Of a stretch of DNA of 35,204 nucleotides, positions 8,199 to 17,599 are shown in pieces. Every line of letters begins with the position of its first letter. Positions within the stretch are counted from its first letter, which is position 1. The stretch is from Candidatus Woesearchaeota archaeon (GTDB taxonomy: Archaea > Nanobdellota > Nanobdellia > Woesearchaeales > WJKL01), in NCBI GenBank assembly GCA_014729145.1, contig WJKL01000031.1, positions 1 through 35,204 of the forward strand, in the 5' to 3' direction. The position numbers were made by a program, and so were the translations under genes. The notes below the pieces were generated by a model. It was not told the origin of the DNA, made no database searches, and worked only from the letters and a program-made list of their open reading frames with translations.

Positions 8199-8675
8199 AT
8201 GGCAGACAAAAAGGAATTTAAACATTTAGTACGAATTGCAAATACAGACCTTAATGGAGAAAAGCCAATAGGTTATGCATTAAGAAACATCAAAGGAGTA
8301 AATTTTCAACTGGCAAATGCTGTGTGTTCTATCGCGAATCTTGACAAGCAGAAAAAGGTAGGAAATCTTTCTGACGAGGAGATAGAAAAGTTGAGCAGTA
8401 TACTAAGCTCCCCTATAAAAAATGGAATGCCTGAATGGATGGGAAACAGAAGAAAAGATAGTACTGACGGAAAAGACAAGCATATAATAACAAATGACTT
8501 GATATTTACTGTTGACAATGATATAAAGATGATGAAAAAGATAAAGTCTTACAGGGGAAGAAGGCATGCATCAGGGCTGCCTGTAAGAGGACAAAAGACA
8601 AAATCAAACTTCAGGAGAAGCAAGGGAAAAGTTATGGGAGTAAAAAGAAAAAAGGTAAAACCAAGCAATAAATAA
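8199..8675 (+). CDS. rps13: 30S ribosomal protein S13 (uS13).
   Basis: FKHLVRIANTDLNGEKPIGYALRNIKGV, YRGRRHASGLPVRGQKTKSN. Confidence 0.95.
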   Translation: MADKKEFKHLVRIANTDLNGEKPIGYALRNIKGVNFQLANAVCSIANLDKQKKVGNLSDEEIEKLSSILSSPIKNGMPEWMGNRRKDSTDGKDKHIITNDLIFTVDNDIKMMKKIKSYRGRRHASGLPVRGQKTKSNFRRSKGKVMGVKRKKVKPSNK

Positions 8676-8686
8676 AGATAATAAAA

Positions 8687-9391
8687 ATGGGAGATCCAAA
8701 AAGAAACAGAGCCAAATTTTCAACACCGAAAAAGGCATGGGAAAAAGAAAGAATTGAAGAAGAGAAAGAACTAATCAAAGAATATCATTTTAAGAACAAA
8801 CAAGAGATATGGAAGCTGACATCTAAACTGAGAAATTTTTCAAGGCAGGCAAAAAGATTGATTGTTCTCAAGACAGAACAGGCTGAAAAAGAAAAGATAC
8901 AGCTTCTGAACAAATTAAAATCATTGGGGCTGCTGTCAGAGCAAGGTGATTTAGATGATGTTTTGGGAATCACCACAAAAGACCTTTTGGATAGAAGACT
9001 TCAAACTGTTGTTTTCAAAAAAGGCTTTGCAAAATCAATGAAACAGGCCAGACAATTCATAGTACACGGCCATATAGTCATAGAAAACAAAAAGATAACA
9101 TCTCCTAATTTTTTAGTTTCTGTTGAAAATGAAGGGAAAGTAGGATTTTCTCAAAGCTCTGAATTAAGTGATGAGATGCATCCTGAAAGAAAGAAAGAAG
9201 AAAAACTTCCCAAGAAACCCAAAGCAAAAGGAGAAAAAGGGAAATCCAAAGAAAACAAGAAAGACAGCAAGGAAGAAAGCAAACCTAAAAAGGAAAAGAA
9301 AGAATCCAAAGAAAACAAGAAAGAAAGTAAAGAAAAGAGCAAACCAAAAAAGAAAGAGAAATCTACAGAAAAAAAGAAAAAAGCTGAATAA
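8687..9391 (+). CDS. rps4: 30S ribosomal protein S4 (uS4) with a roughly 65-aa lysine/glutamate-rich C-terminal extension.
   Basis: [23 protein letters not shown]... and an S4 RNA-binding domain ([44 protein letters not shown]). The tail is [24 protein letters not shown]... Confidence 0.93.
   Translation: MGDPKRNRAKFSTPKKAWEKERIEEEKELIKEYHFKNKQEIWKLTSKLRNFSRQAKRLIVLKTEQAEKEKIQLLNKLKSLGLLSEQGDLDDVLGITTKDLLDRRLQTVVFKKGFAKSMKQARQFIVHGHIVIENKKITSPNFLVSVENEGKVGFSQSSELSDEMHPERKKEEKLPKKPKAKGEKGKSKENKKDSKEESKPKKEKKESKENKKESKEKSKPKKKEKSTEKKKKAE
9241..9360 (+). repeat. Tandem 2 x 60-nt duplication inside the S4 tail-coding region.
   Basis: 9241-9300 and 9301-9360 align column by column with only a handful of substitutions. 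Each unit encodes a 20-aa SKENKK(D/E)SKE(E/K)SKPKK... repeat. Confidence 0.85.
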
Positions 9392-9393
9392 GA

Positions 9394-9828
9394 ATGGCAA
9401 CAAAAAGAAGATCTGGGAAACCAAGAAGAACCGGAAAAAGAAACTTAAGATGGGGAATAGCACATATATATTCCAGCTATAACAACACTATAATCCATAT
9501 TACTGATGTAACAGGAACTGAAACATTGGCTCTTGCTTCAGGAGGACAAGTAGTCAAATCAGACAGGCTTGAAAGTTCATCTACAGCAGCAATGACTGCA
9601 GCAAAGAAGGCTGCAGAGATAGCAAAGGGCAAAGGAATAGATGGAATCCATGTCAAGATAAAAGCTCCAGGAGGGCATAACGGACCTATGAATCCTGGCC
9701 CCGGGGCTCAGGCAGCAATAAGGGCGTTATCAAGAGTCGGACTGAAGATAGGTATAATTCAGGATGTAACTCCTGTTCCTCATGACGGCTGCAGGAAGAA
9801 AGGAGGAAAAAGAGGTAGGAGGGTATAA
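9394..9828 (+). CDS. rps11: 30S ribosomal protein S11 (uS11).
   Basis: [27 protein letters not shown]..., [46 protein letters not shown]. Confidence 0.95.
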   Translation: MATKRRSGKPRRTGKRNLRWGIAHIYSSYNNTIIHITDVTGTETLALASGGQVVKSDRLESSSTAAMTAAKKAAEIAKGKGIDGIHVKIKAPGGHNGPMNPGPGAQAAIRALSRVGLKIGIIQDVTPVPHDGCRKKGGKRGRRV

Positions 9829-9829
9829 A

Positions 9830-10609
9830 ATGGAGATAGAATCATTAGAACAAGATAAAGAGAAAGGAACACTTTCTTTTGTCATTAAAGACTCAAACCC
9901 TGTATTTGTCAATACATTAAGAAGAATGATAGTTGAAGAAGTTCCAACTTTGGCAATAGAAGATGTTGAATTTAGGAATAACAGCTCTGCTCTTTATGAT
10001 GAAGTGGTGGCCCACAGACTTGGCCTTATCCCTATTAAAACAGATTTAAGCTCATATGATCTGCCCAGTGAATGTTCGTGTAAAGGAAAAGGATGTTCAA
10101 AATGCACTTTAAAACTTACATTAGATACAGGCAAACTTGGAAATGTCTATGCAAAAGACATGAAAAGCAAAGATCCAAAATGCACCCCTGTATTCCCCAA
10201 TTCAATTATCGTTAAACTATTGAAAGGGCAGAAGATAGAACTTGAAGCTACTGCTGTTTTAGGACAGGGAAAGGAACACGCAAAATGGAGCCCTGGTCTT
10301 GTGACATATAAAGGCTACCCAATATTCGAAATAGAATCTAAAGGAGAGACATGCGAGGAAGCCTCAATAAAATGTCCTGTTGATGTATACGAGTTCAAGA
10401 GAGGAAAATTAACAGTTGCAAATCCTTTGAACTGTCATTTTTGCAATGCATGTACAGATGCATGCGAAGGTATAAAGATAAAACAAAGCAAAAAAGATTT
10501 TATCATTAATATTGAAAGCTGGGGCCAGCTGGATCCCAGAGAGATGGTCAAGGAAGCGCTCAAGATGCTGCAGAGCAAAGCAGATGAGTTTGAAAAGCTC
10601 CTCAAATAG
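9830..10609 (+). CDS. rpoD: DNA-directed RNA polymerase subunit D (Rpo3) with a cysteine-rich Fe-S-type insertion.
   Basis: MEIESLEQDKEKGTLSFVIKDSNPVFVNTLRRMIVEEVPTLAIEDVEF, with cysteine clusters CSCKGKGCSKC and CPVD...CHFCNACTDAC. I moved the start to ATG 9830, directly after the S11 stop. The track start at 9782 lies inside S11. Confidence 0.9.
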   Translation: MEIESLEQDKEKGTLSFVIKDSNPVFVNTLRRMIVEEVPTLAIEDVEFRNNSSALYDEVVAHRLGLIPIKTDLSSYDLPSECSCKGKGCSKCTLKLTLDTGKLGNVYAKDMKSKDPKCTPVFPNSIIVKLLKGQKIELEATAVLGQGKEHAKWSPGLVTYKGYPIFEIESKGETCEEASIKCPVDVYEFKRGKLTVANPLNCHFCNACTDACEGIKIKQSKKDFIINIESWGQLDPREMVKEALKMLQSKADEFEKLLK

Positions 10610-10623
10610 CCGTCTTCGCAAAT

Positions 10624-10737
10624 GCGGGGGTGGCAGAGCGGCCAAATGCGCAAGGTTGAGGCTTACAAAAGCATATGCTTTGTATTCAAATGCCTTGTTC
10701 CTTAGTGGATGCGCGAGTTCGAATCTCGTCCTCCGCA
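10624..10737 (+). tRNA. tRNA-Leu (anticodon GAG), class II with a long variable arm and a canonical 37/38 intron (about 10662-10691). It is embedded in the ribosomal protein operon.
   Basis: The acceptor pairs GCGGGGG with CCTCCGC and the discriminator is A. The D stem is 3 bp (GCA/TGC). The anticodon stem pairs CAAGG (10651-10655) with CCTTG (10693-10697), with GAG at 10658-10660. The intron contains the palindrome AAAGCATATGCTTT. The T arm is GCGAG-TTCGAAT-CTCGT. Confidence 0.88.
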
Positions 10738-10760
10738 TAATATATTCAAAAATATTCAAA

Positions 10761-11123
10761 ATGGCAAAGAGAACAGGACCAACAAACCCCTTGTTAAAAG
10801 GATTGGTCCAAGAATTAAGGAAAAAAGCCAATGAACACGGCTGTAATATATGGAAAAGGGTAGCTGATGATCTAGAGAAATCTTCAAGGAAAAGAAGAAT
10901 AATCAACCTTTACAAGATAAATAAAGCCACAAAGGAAAATGAAACTGTGATTGTTCCTGGAAAGGTCTTAAGTGTTGGAGATATAGACCACAATATCACT
11001 GTAGCGGCTTTTAATTTTTCAGACAGTGCTTTGGAAAAAATAAACAAAAAAGGAAAAGCAATATCTATAACAGAATTGATAAAAAAAGACCCGAAAGGCA
11101 AGAAAATAAGAATATTAGGTTAA
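10761..11123 (+). CDS. rpl18e: 50S ribosomal protein L18e (eL18).
   Basis: MAKRTGPTNPLLKGLVQELRKKA...RRIINLYKINK...VIVPGKVLSVGDIDHNITVAAFNFS. The track ORF start at 10512 reads through the tRNA and is rejected. Confidence 0.9.
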   Translation: MAKRTGPTNPLLKGLVQELRKKANEHGCNIWKRVADDLEKSSRKRRIINLYKINKATKENETVIVPGKVLSVGDIDHNITVAAFNFSDSALEKINKKGKAISITELIKKDPKGKKIRILG

Positions 11124-11124
11124 A

Positions 11125-11538
11125 ATGATAATAAATGCTGAAGATTTAATATTAGGAAGAATAGCAACAGTTGCTGCAAAGAATGCCCTGATGGGAGAAA
11201 GGATAGATATTGTCAACTGTGAGAAAGCAGTGATGACTGGAAACAAGAAAGAAATCCTTGCAAGATACAAGAAAAAAAGAGAGATGGGCCAGGTTTATCA
11301 TGGTCCTTATATATTCAGAAGACCTGATATGTTTGTAAAGAGACTGATAAGAGGTATGCTTCCATATAAACAGGAAAAAGGAAGGAAAGCCCTTGAAAGG
11401 ATAAGGTGCCATAGTGGCGTTCCAGAAAAACCAAAAGAAGGAAAGATGGAAACAATAGAAGAAGCAAATATCTCAAAGGTCCCTAGTTTAAGATATGTTA
11501 CTGTGAAGGACATCTGCAAATCAATGGGTGAAAAATAA
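11125..11538 (+). CDS. rpl13: 50S ribosomal protein L13 (uL13).
   Basis: IINAEDLILGRIATVAAKNALMGERIDIVNCEKAVMTG, FVKRLIRGMLPYKQEKGRKALERIRCHSGVP. Confidence 0.95.
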   Translation: MIINAEDLILGRIATVAAKNALMGERIDIVNCEKAVMTGNKKEILARYKKKREMGQVYHGPYIFRRPDMFVKRLIRGMLPYKQEKGRKALERIRCHSGVPEKPKEGKMETIEEANISKVPSLRYVTVKDICKSMGEK

Positions 11539-11937
11539 ATGGCAAAGCTTGTACATGAATCAGGAAAGAGAAAAAGCGCAATAGCAAGAGCTACATTAAA
11601 GCCTGGAACAGGAAAGGTAAGAATCAATAATAAGATGATAAATGTTTACGGAACAAAGTTCATGAGATTAAGGCTAAAAGAACCATTAATACTTGCAGAA
11701 GGGGTTGCAGATGAAGTTGATATCAATGTGGTTGTTTCTGGAGGAGGGGTAAGCTCTCAGGCAGAAGCAGCAAGACTGGCAATAGCAAGAGCATTAGCCA
11801 AATATAAGAAAAGGCTTGAGAAGGTATTTTCAAATTATGACAGGCATCTGCTGGTTGCAGATGTAAGAAGAAAAGAATCTGCCAAACCAAACAGACAAGG
11901 CAAAGCAAGAGCAAGAAGACAAAAATCATACAGGTGA
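11539..11937 (+). CDS. rps9: 30S ribosomal protein S9 (uS9).
   Basis: GKRKSAIARATLKPGTGKVRINN..., GGGVSSQAEAARLAIARAL, LVADVRRKESAKPNRQGKARARRQKSYR. Confidence 0.95.
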   Translation: MAKLVHESGKRKSAIARATLKPGTGKVRINNKMINVYGTKFMRLRLKEPLILAEGVADEVDINVVVSGGGVSSQAEAARLAIARALAKYKKRLEKVFSNYDRHLLVADVRRKESAKPNRQGKARARRQKSYR

Positions 11938-11944
11938 TTAAAAA

Positions 11945-12142
11945 ATGATAATTCCAGTAAGATGTTTCAGCTGCGGAAAACCAGTTTCCCACCTATGGGA
12001 CGAGTTTAAGGAAAGAGTAGAAGATGGAGAGGAAAGAAAAAAAGTCTTGGATGATCTGGGATTAGAGAGGTACTGCTGCAGAGCTTTGTTCATGGGACAT
12101 GTTGATCTGATAGATACGGCAGGAGAGTTTAAGAAGTTTTGA
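11945..12142 (+). CDS. rpoN: DNA-directed RNA polymerase subunit N (Rpo10).
   Basis: [21 protein letters not shown]...[20 protein letters not shown] (zinc-binding CxxC...CC). Confidence 0.93.
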   Translation: MIIPVRCFSCGKPVSHLWDEFKERVEDGEERKKVLDDLGLERYCCRALFMGHVDLIDTAGEFKKF

Positions 12143-12235
12143 TTATTTTTTAATTTAAACTATTTTTTCTGATTTAATCTTAAAATAAAGATTTTATCAT
12201 AAATTTTATATATAATCCAGGTTAAATCTCCTTAT

Positions 12236-14884
12236 ATGGCTGATTTCAAGAAAATCCAGGAAAAATGGCAGAAGAGATGGACCGAGAATAAAGTCTTTAA
12301 GGTCAAAAAAGACCCTAAGATACCTAAATTCTATTGTTTGGAGATGTTCCCATATCCATCTGGAAGTGGTTTGCATATGGGCCATGCATTTAATTATTCT
12401 ATTGGAGATAGTTATGCAAGATTCAAGAGGATGCAGGGATTTAATGTAATATATCCTATGGGCTATGATTCATTTGGACTTCCTGCTGAGAATGCAGCAA
12501 TAAAGCAAGGGCTACATCCAAAAGAGCATACTGAGAAAACAGTTTCTAGGTTTATAGAACAGCAGAAGGATCTAGGCCTGAGCTATGACTGGGATAGGAT
12601 GGTAAGTACATGCACTCCTGAATATTACAAATGGAACCAGTTTTTCTTTTTGAAGTTCTTGGAAAAAGGACTAGTATATAGAAAAAAAGCACCAGTCAAC
12701 TGGTGCCCCAAATGCAACACAGTTTTAGCCAATGAGCAGGTACACGACGGCAGATGCTGGAGACATGAGGATACCGATGTTGATCAGAAGATGCTTGAAC
12801 AGTGGTTTATCAAGACCACAGAATATGCTGACGAACTGCTTGAGGATATTGAAAAATTAAAATGGCCCGAAAGGATAAAGATCATGCAGAGAAACTGGAT
12901 CGGAAAAAGCAAAGGAGTTACACTGCAGTTTGATGTTGTGGATGAAAATGACAAAAAGATAGATGATATAGAGACATTTACTACCAGAGTCGATACAGTT
13001 TACGGAATTACATACCTTGTTCTTGCTGCAGAGCACCCCAAGGTAATCGAATGGACAAAGGGGACAAAAATTGAAAAAAAGGTCAAAGATTTTATTAAGA
13101 ATGTAAAGAAGCAGAGTGTTATTGAAAGAACAGCCGAAGGAAAAGAAAAGAATGGGCTGTTTTTGGGAAAATGGTTTATCAACCCTTTTACAGGAGAAAA
13201 ATGTCCTTTATGGGTTGCTGACTATGCATTGTATGATTATGGAACCGGAGCTGTTATGGCTGTTCCTACGCATGACCAGAGAGATTTTGATTTTGCAAGG
13301 AAATATGAGCTTCCGATGAGGGTTGTTATATCTCCATCTGATTATGAATTGAATGCAGAGAAGATGTCAAGAGCATATATGGATGATGGAGAGATGATCA
13401 ATTCAGGAGATTTTAACGGGATGAACAACAGAGATGCGATGGAAGCTATAGCAAACCTTGCTGAAGAAAAAGGATGGGGAAAGAAAACTACAAACTATAA
13501 GCTTAAAGACTGGCTTGTAAGCAGGCAGAGATATTGGGGGACACCAATTCCTATAGTCTATTGCGAGAAATGCGGTGTTGTTGGAGTTCCTGAAAAAGAG
13601 CTGCCTGTAAAGCTTCCCGAAGATGTTGAGTTTGGCAAAGGGAATCCTTTAGAGACAAATAAAGATTTTATCAACACAAAATGCTCCAAATGTGGAGGTC
13701 CAGCAAAAAGAGAAACAGATACAATGGATACTTTTTTTGATTCAAGCTGGTATTTTTTAAGATACTGTGATAGCAAAAACAACAAAAAAGCTTTTGACAA
13801 GAGCAAGGTAAAATATTGGATGCCTGTTGACCAGTATATAGGGGGAGCAGAGCATGCCTGCATGCATCTGATATATGCAAGATTTTTTACAAAGGCATTG
13901 AGAGATTTAGGATTTTTAGATTTTAGCGAACCTTTTACTAAATTGTTTAACCAAGGAATGCTGCATGGTCCAGACAGTCATGTGATGAGTAAATCCAGAG
14001 GCAATGTTGTTTTGCCTGAAGAGATAAGTGGCAAGTATGGTATAGATACAGCACGGTTTTTTTTAATGAGTATAGCTTCTCCTGATAAGGATCTGGAATG
14101 GAGCGATAAAGGTATAGAAGGAAGCTCAAGATTCATGAAGAAACTTTTTGATTATTTTGAAAATGTAAAGACTGGAAAGTCAAGTAAGAAAGTTGAAAGC
14201 AAACTGAACAAGGCAATAAAAGGGATTACAGAAGACATTGAAAATTTCAGATATAATTTTGCTATAATAAAGATAAGGGAATTGTTTGATTCTTTGGAGA
14301 ATGAAGTCAACAAAGATACGCTGGAGAAATTTTTGAAACTATTGCATCCTTTCTGTCCCCATTTTACAGAAGAACTTTGGGAAAAGATTGGCAACAAGCC
14401 TTTTATTACAACAGAAGAGTGGCCAAAATATGATGAAAGCAAGATTGACCTTAAAGCAGAAGAAGTTGAGAATTTTGTAGAAGGTGTTATTGAAGATATA
14501 AGGAATGTTCTAGAATTAGCCGATGTTAAAAATCCAGATGAGATTATCTTGTTTGCAGCAGACAAATGGAAATATGATTTCTTTAAAGATCTGAAGGAAG
14601 AGATGGAAGAGACAAGAAATACAGGAGAGTTGATAAAGAAAACAATGATAAAAGAGCATGGAAAAGAGATATCTAAATTGATCCCAAAATTAGTGAAGGA
14701 TCCAACAAAAGTTCCTGAAGTTGTTTTGGAACAGAAGACAGAAATCGAAGCGATAAAAGATAATCTCGACAGGATCAAAGAGAAATTTGGAACTGATAAA
14801 GTAGCTGTATTCAAGGCTGATGAAAGTGATGAAAAAAAAGCAAGACAGGCAATGCCTGGAAAACCAGCCATATTGATAAAATGA
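12236..14884 (+). CDS. leuS: Leucyl-tRNA synthetase, bacterial-type architecture.
   Basis: FYCLEMFPYPSGSGLHMGHAFNYSIGDSYARFKRMQGFNVIYPMGYDSFGLPAENAAIK, TCTPEYYKWNQFFFLKFLEKGLVYRKKAPVNWCPKCNTVLANEQV, MQRNWIGKS, and a VMSKSRGN (KMSKS) motif. By recall, this is near-collinear with E. coli LeuS. Confidence 0.93.
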   Translation: MADFKKIQEKWQKRWTENKVFKVKKDPKIPKFYCLEMFPYPSGSGLHMGHAFNYSIGDSYARFKRMQGFNVIYPMGYDSFGLPAENAAIKQGLHPKEHTEKTVSRFIEQQKDLGLSYDWDRMVSTCTPEYYKWNQFFFLKFLEKGLVYRKKAPVNWCPKCNTVLANEQVHDGRCWRHEDTDVDQKMLEQWFIKTTEYADELLEDIEKLKWPERIKIMQRNWIGKSKGVTLQFDVVDENDKKIDDIETFTTRVDTVYGITYLVLAAEHPKVIEWTKGTKIEKKVKDFIKNVKKQSVIERTAEGKEKNGLFLGKWFINPFTGEKCPLWVADYALYDYGTGAVMAVPTHDQRDFDFARKYELPMRVVISPSDYELNAEKMSRAYMDDGEMINSGDFNGMNNRDAMEAIANLAEEKGWGKKTTNYKLKDWLVSRQRYWGTPIPIVYCEKCGVVGVPEKELPVKLPEDVEFGKGNPLETNKDFINTKCSKCGGPAKRETDTMDTFFDSSWYFLRYCDSKNNKKAFDKSKVKYWMPVDQYIGGAEHACMHLIYARFFTKALRDLGFLDFSEPFTKLFNQGMLHGPDSHVMSKSRGNVVLPEEISGKYGIDTARFFLMSIASPDKDLEWSDKGIEGSSRFMKKLFDYFENVKTGKSSKKVESKLNKAIKGITEDIENFRYNFAIIKIRELFDSLENEVNKDTLEKFLKLLHPFCPHFTEELWEKIGNKPFITTEEWPKYDESKIDLKAEEVENFVEGVIEDIRNVLELADVKNPDEIILFAADKWKYDFFKDLKEEMEETRNTGELIKKTMIKEHGKEISKLIPKLVKDPTKVPEVVLEQKTEIEAIKDNLDRIKEKFGTDKVAVFKADESDEKKARQAMPGKPAILIK

Positions 14885-14905
14885 AAAATCTAAAAAATAA
14901 ATAAT

Positions 14906-16510
14906 TTATTTTTTTATATATTCATTACCGTTTCTTAAGATTAAATTAAGTATCTTTTCTGTTGCTTTAAGTGCTGCGAATGTTTGATCTGTCTCTATTC
15001 CGTGTGACTGCATCTTCCTATTGTTGTATTTCCATCCGATTGAAGCAAGCGTCAATGCAGATGTTTCTCCTCCTGGAGGTATAGTCACATTATAGTCTAA
15101 TAGTTTAGGGGGTTCTATCCCTTTTTTGGAAAGCATCTTTTTGATAGAATTCATAGCAGCATCATAACCTCCATCTCCTTTAGCTTTTTGCTTCATGATA
15201 TTACCTTTATAGTCTATCTTAACGTAAGCTGATCTTTCCCCATTTATCTCGGTCTTTATAATACAATCTAAGATCTTAAAAGGGACCATCTCTGGCTGTT
15301 CGAAGAGGTCTGCTATCAAGAAAAGTAAATCAGGCTGGGTTATCTGCTCTTTTTTTTGGCCGATTTCTGCAACCTCATCTCTTAAAATTTTAATCTGTTT
15401 TGAAGAAAGTTCTATTCCAAGATCTTTTAGATTCATCTCTATGCTTGCTTTACCTACATTCTTGCCTAATGCATATTTTATTTTTTCCTTGCTGAATCTT
15501 CCAGGAGATGTTAAAGGTGTTTTGTATAAATTAGCTTTTTGGTCTCCATCTGCATGGACCCCACATGTTTGGGTTTTTACATTTTTTCCAATAATTGGAA
15601 CATTATAGGAAGGTTTTTTTCCTGATAATCCTGCAACTAAGTCGCTCATTTCCTGGTATTTTGACTCTTCAAATCCAAGATCTATATTGTAAATATCTTT
15701 CAGTACAACAGCTATCTCTATCAAAGAAGCATTTCCTGTTCTTTCTCCCAGGCTGTTAATTGTAGCATGAACTCCATCGATCCCTGCCAAAACAGCATGG
15801 ATTGTATTGGCTGTCGCAAGCCCATAATCATTATGAGCATGGAAATCATATTTTCCTGGAAATTTTTCTTTTATCTCTTTAATAAAACTGTAAGTCTGTT
15901 CTGGGGAAAGAACCCCTAATGTATCTGGAAGCATGATTCTTTTTATGTCTGAATTTTGAAGTCCATCAAGCATATAATAAATAAAATCTTTTGATTCTTT
16001 CATACCATTTGACCAATCTTCTAAGTACAGATTTACATCTATATCTTTTGATCCTGCATATTTGATAATCTTCTTTACATCTTCCAGATGCTGCTTTTTT
16101 GTCTTTCCAAGCTGTTCTTTTGCATGCCTTAAAGATCCTTTACAAAGAAGATTTGCTGTTCTACATCCAGATTCATAGATCCAGTCAATACTTTTTTTAT
16201 TGATAAAAGCAAGAACTTCAATATTTTTTAGATAATTGTTTTTTTTTGCCCAGCGGCAGATCGAGCTTACTGCATCAAATTCTTCTTTAGTTGTTCCTGC
16301 AGAAGCTACCTCTATCCTGTGAATCCCCAGATTTAGAAGTTTTTTTGCTATGGCAAGTTTTTCCTGTTTTGAAAAAGCAACCCCTTCTGTCTGCTCTCCG
16401 TCCCTAAGAGTTGTATCCATAATTTCAAGCTGCATATTATTTTCCCTTGTATTATGAATATTATTTTCTTTATAAAGTGTTGCTATTTTATTTTCAAGTT
16501 TTGTAGTCAT
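14906..16510 (-). CDS. cimA: Citramalate / 2-isopropylmalate synthase family enzyme (CimA-like), with a C-terminal LeuA-dimer regulatory domain.
   Basis: IMDTTLRDGEQTEGVAF, RIEVASA, LYLEDWSNGM, RIMLPDTLGVL, FHAHNDYGLATAN, INSLGERTGNA, TQTCGVHADGDQK. A strong AGGAGGATTAAA-ATG initiation region is at 16510. Choosing CimA over LeuA rests on resemblance to bacterial CimA and is uncertain. Confidence 0.8.
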   Translation of the reverse strand: MTTKLENKIATLYKENNIHNTRENNMQLEIMDTTLRDGEQTEGVAFSKQEKLAIAKKLLNLGIHRIEVASAGTTKEEFDAVSSICRWAKKNNYLKNIEVLAFINKKSIDWIYESGCRTANLLCKGSLRHAKEQLGKTKKQHLEDVKKIIKYAGSKDIDVNLYLEDWSNGMKESKDFIYYMLDGLQNSDIKRIMLPDTLGVLSPEQTYSFIKEIKEKFPGKYDFHAHNDYGLATANTIHAVLAGIDGVHATINSLGERTGNASLIEIAVVLKDIYNIDLGFEESKYQEMSDLVAGLSGKKPSYNVPIIGKNVKTQTCGVHADGDQKANLYKTPLTSPGRFSKEKIKYALGKNVGKASIEMNLKDLGIELSSKQIKILRDEVAEIGQKKEQITQPDLLFLIADLFEQPEMVPFKILDCIIKTEINGERSAYVKIDYKGNIMKQKAKGDGGYDAAMNSIKKMLSKKGIEPPKLLDYNVTIPPGGETSALTLASIGWKYNNRKMQSHGIETDQTFAALKATEKILNLILRNGNEYIKK

Positions 16511-16663
16511 TTTAATCCTCCTACTACTAATTCTTTATTTTTCAAGACCCAGAATTAGCAGATTGTTAGGGCCTTATGCTATAATGGTGATAATGATAGA
16601 GATTAAACTGATAAAAAGCATATTCAAGAGGCTGTTTTTTAATCTTTTTAATCTAAATGTCAT

Positions 16664-16972
16664 TTACCAGCTTTCTTCTTTTTTTTGTTTTTGAAATCTT
16701 CTTTTAAATTCTTCAATTATATATTTTTCAAAACCATTTTTAGAGCCTGCAGTGCTTTTGACTGGGGTTCCAAAGTCAAATTTTTCATAATCCCACGGTT
16801 CTCCATTTGATTTTGTTCTTGGTACGAATTTTCCATCTATATATTTATGGTTCAAGTAAACAATACACATCCCTTTTTTTCCGGTTTCATTTTCATATTC
16901 TATATAACAGCACGGATTTCCTGTTCTTGTTGGCTGATTTTCAATTTTTGTTATATTGTATGTTGTTTGCAT
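16664..16972 (-). CDS. Hypothetical protein (102 aa), no recognisable domain.
   Basis: The ORF has AGAGGAGATAAAAATG in front and a coding-like, non-repetitive composition (MQTTYNITKIENQPTRTGNPCCYIEYENETGKKG...). Confidence 0.5.
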   Translation of the reverse strand: MQTTYNITKIENQPTRTGNPCCYIEYENETGKKGMCIVYLNHKYIDGKFVPRTKSNGEPWDYEKFDFGTPVKSTAGSKNGFEKYIIEEFKRRFQKQKKEESW

Positions 16973-17025
16973 TTTTATCTCCTCTATTTCTGTTCAGAGC
17001 TTTATCAAGAATAAATTTTTCCTGC

Positions 17026-17053
17026 AAAGCCCAGAAACAGCTGTTTTGGCTTT
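17026..17053 (-). terminator. Imperfect hairpin downstream of the 17123 gene (possible terminator).
   Basis: AAAGCCCAGAAACAG / CTGTTTTGGCTTT are inverted arms. There is no long T-run, so support is weak. Confidence 0.25.
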
Positions 17054-17122
17054 ACAGCGCTATAATTGCCACTAGCACGACTACTAAAATAAGGTTCAAT
17101 ATCTGTTTTGCACTAGTTGGTT

Positions 17123-17599
17123 TCATCTTAAATTTTTATAGGTGCGCTCATATTTAAAACTTGTTATTTTATTTTTAAAATAATTTTCTATAAGTGGAGG
17201 TACTTTATCCATATGAAAATAATTATTTATTGGATATTTTTTTCCGGTTTTCATATTTTCAATCAATGTGTGGTCTATCATAGGCCGCACCATATCTTCT
17301 GTTGTTTTTTCAATAAGATTATCTAATTGTTCTGCTTCTCTTTCTGATATCTGGAATCCCACAATTCTAATAGCATCTAGACCACACAAATGTCTTTCTG
17401 TCAATTCTTTCTTAACTTCAACTATAAAAGGCATTTCCCCATAGACTCTGAAATGTGCTACTTCAGATTTTGCGTGTTCAGCTCCTGGTTCTTTTGTAAG
17501 AGATGTATCAACTTTTTTATTTTTTGGAATTAATCCAACATTTCTGATTTTTTCTATTATTTCATCGATATATTTGATTTTATCTATTTGATAATTCAT
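17123..17599 (-). CDS. Hypothetical protein (158 aa from the SD-supported ATG), no recognisable domain.
   Basis: AGGAGGTTAAA-ATG is at 17599 (MNYQIDKIKYIDEII...). The track start at 17635 lies upstream of this RBS. Confidence 0.5.
   Translation of the reverse strand: MNYQIDKIKYIDEIIEKIRNVGLIPKNKKVDTSLTKEPGAEHAKSEVAHFRVYGEMPFIVEVKKELTERHLCGLDAIRIVGFQISEREAEQLDNLIEKTTEDMVRPMIDHTLIENMKTGKKYPINNYFHMDKVPPLIENYFKNKITSFKYERTYKNLR

Noticed and set aside
9164-9482. ORFs 9164-9463 (minus) and 9168-9482 (plus), with poly-F/L or poly-K/R translations.
   Set aside because: They are alternative-frame or antisense readings of the purine-rich repeat that encodes the S4 tail and the S11 start, and are artefacts of the AAG/GAA-rich sequence.
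10409-10906. The 165-aa minus-strand ORF and the N-terminal 83 codons of track ORF 10512-11123.
   Set aside because: Both run across the tRNA-Leu gene and the rpoD end. The real L18e begins at ATG 10761, directly after the tRNA.
14152-14871. The 239-aa minus-strand ORF inside leuS, and likewise 7121-7618 (plus) inside the CorC-like gene, 25439-25921 (plus) inside dnaG, and 20176-20802 (minus) opposite the COG1931-like gene.
   Set aside because: These are long antisense shadow ORFs, typical of AT-rich genes with few stop codons in the reverse frame. Their S/F/L/I-rich translations have no motifs, while the sense-strand products are recognisable.
16511-16663. A T-box or leucine-attenuator leader upstream of the CimA/LeuA-like gene.
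   Set aside because: No T-box consensus, specifier-loop arrangement or Leu-codon-rich leader peptide could be found in the 150-nt spacer. Only a weak GGCCC/GGGTC stem is present.
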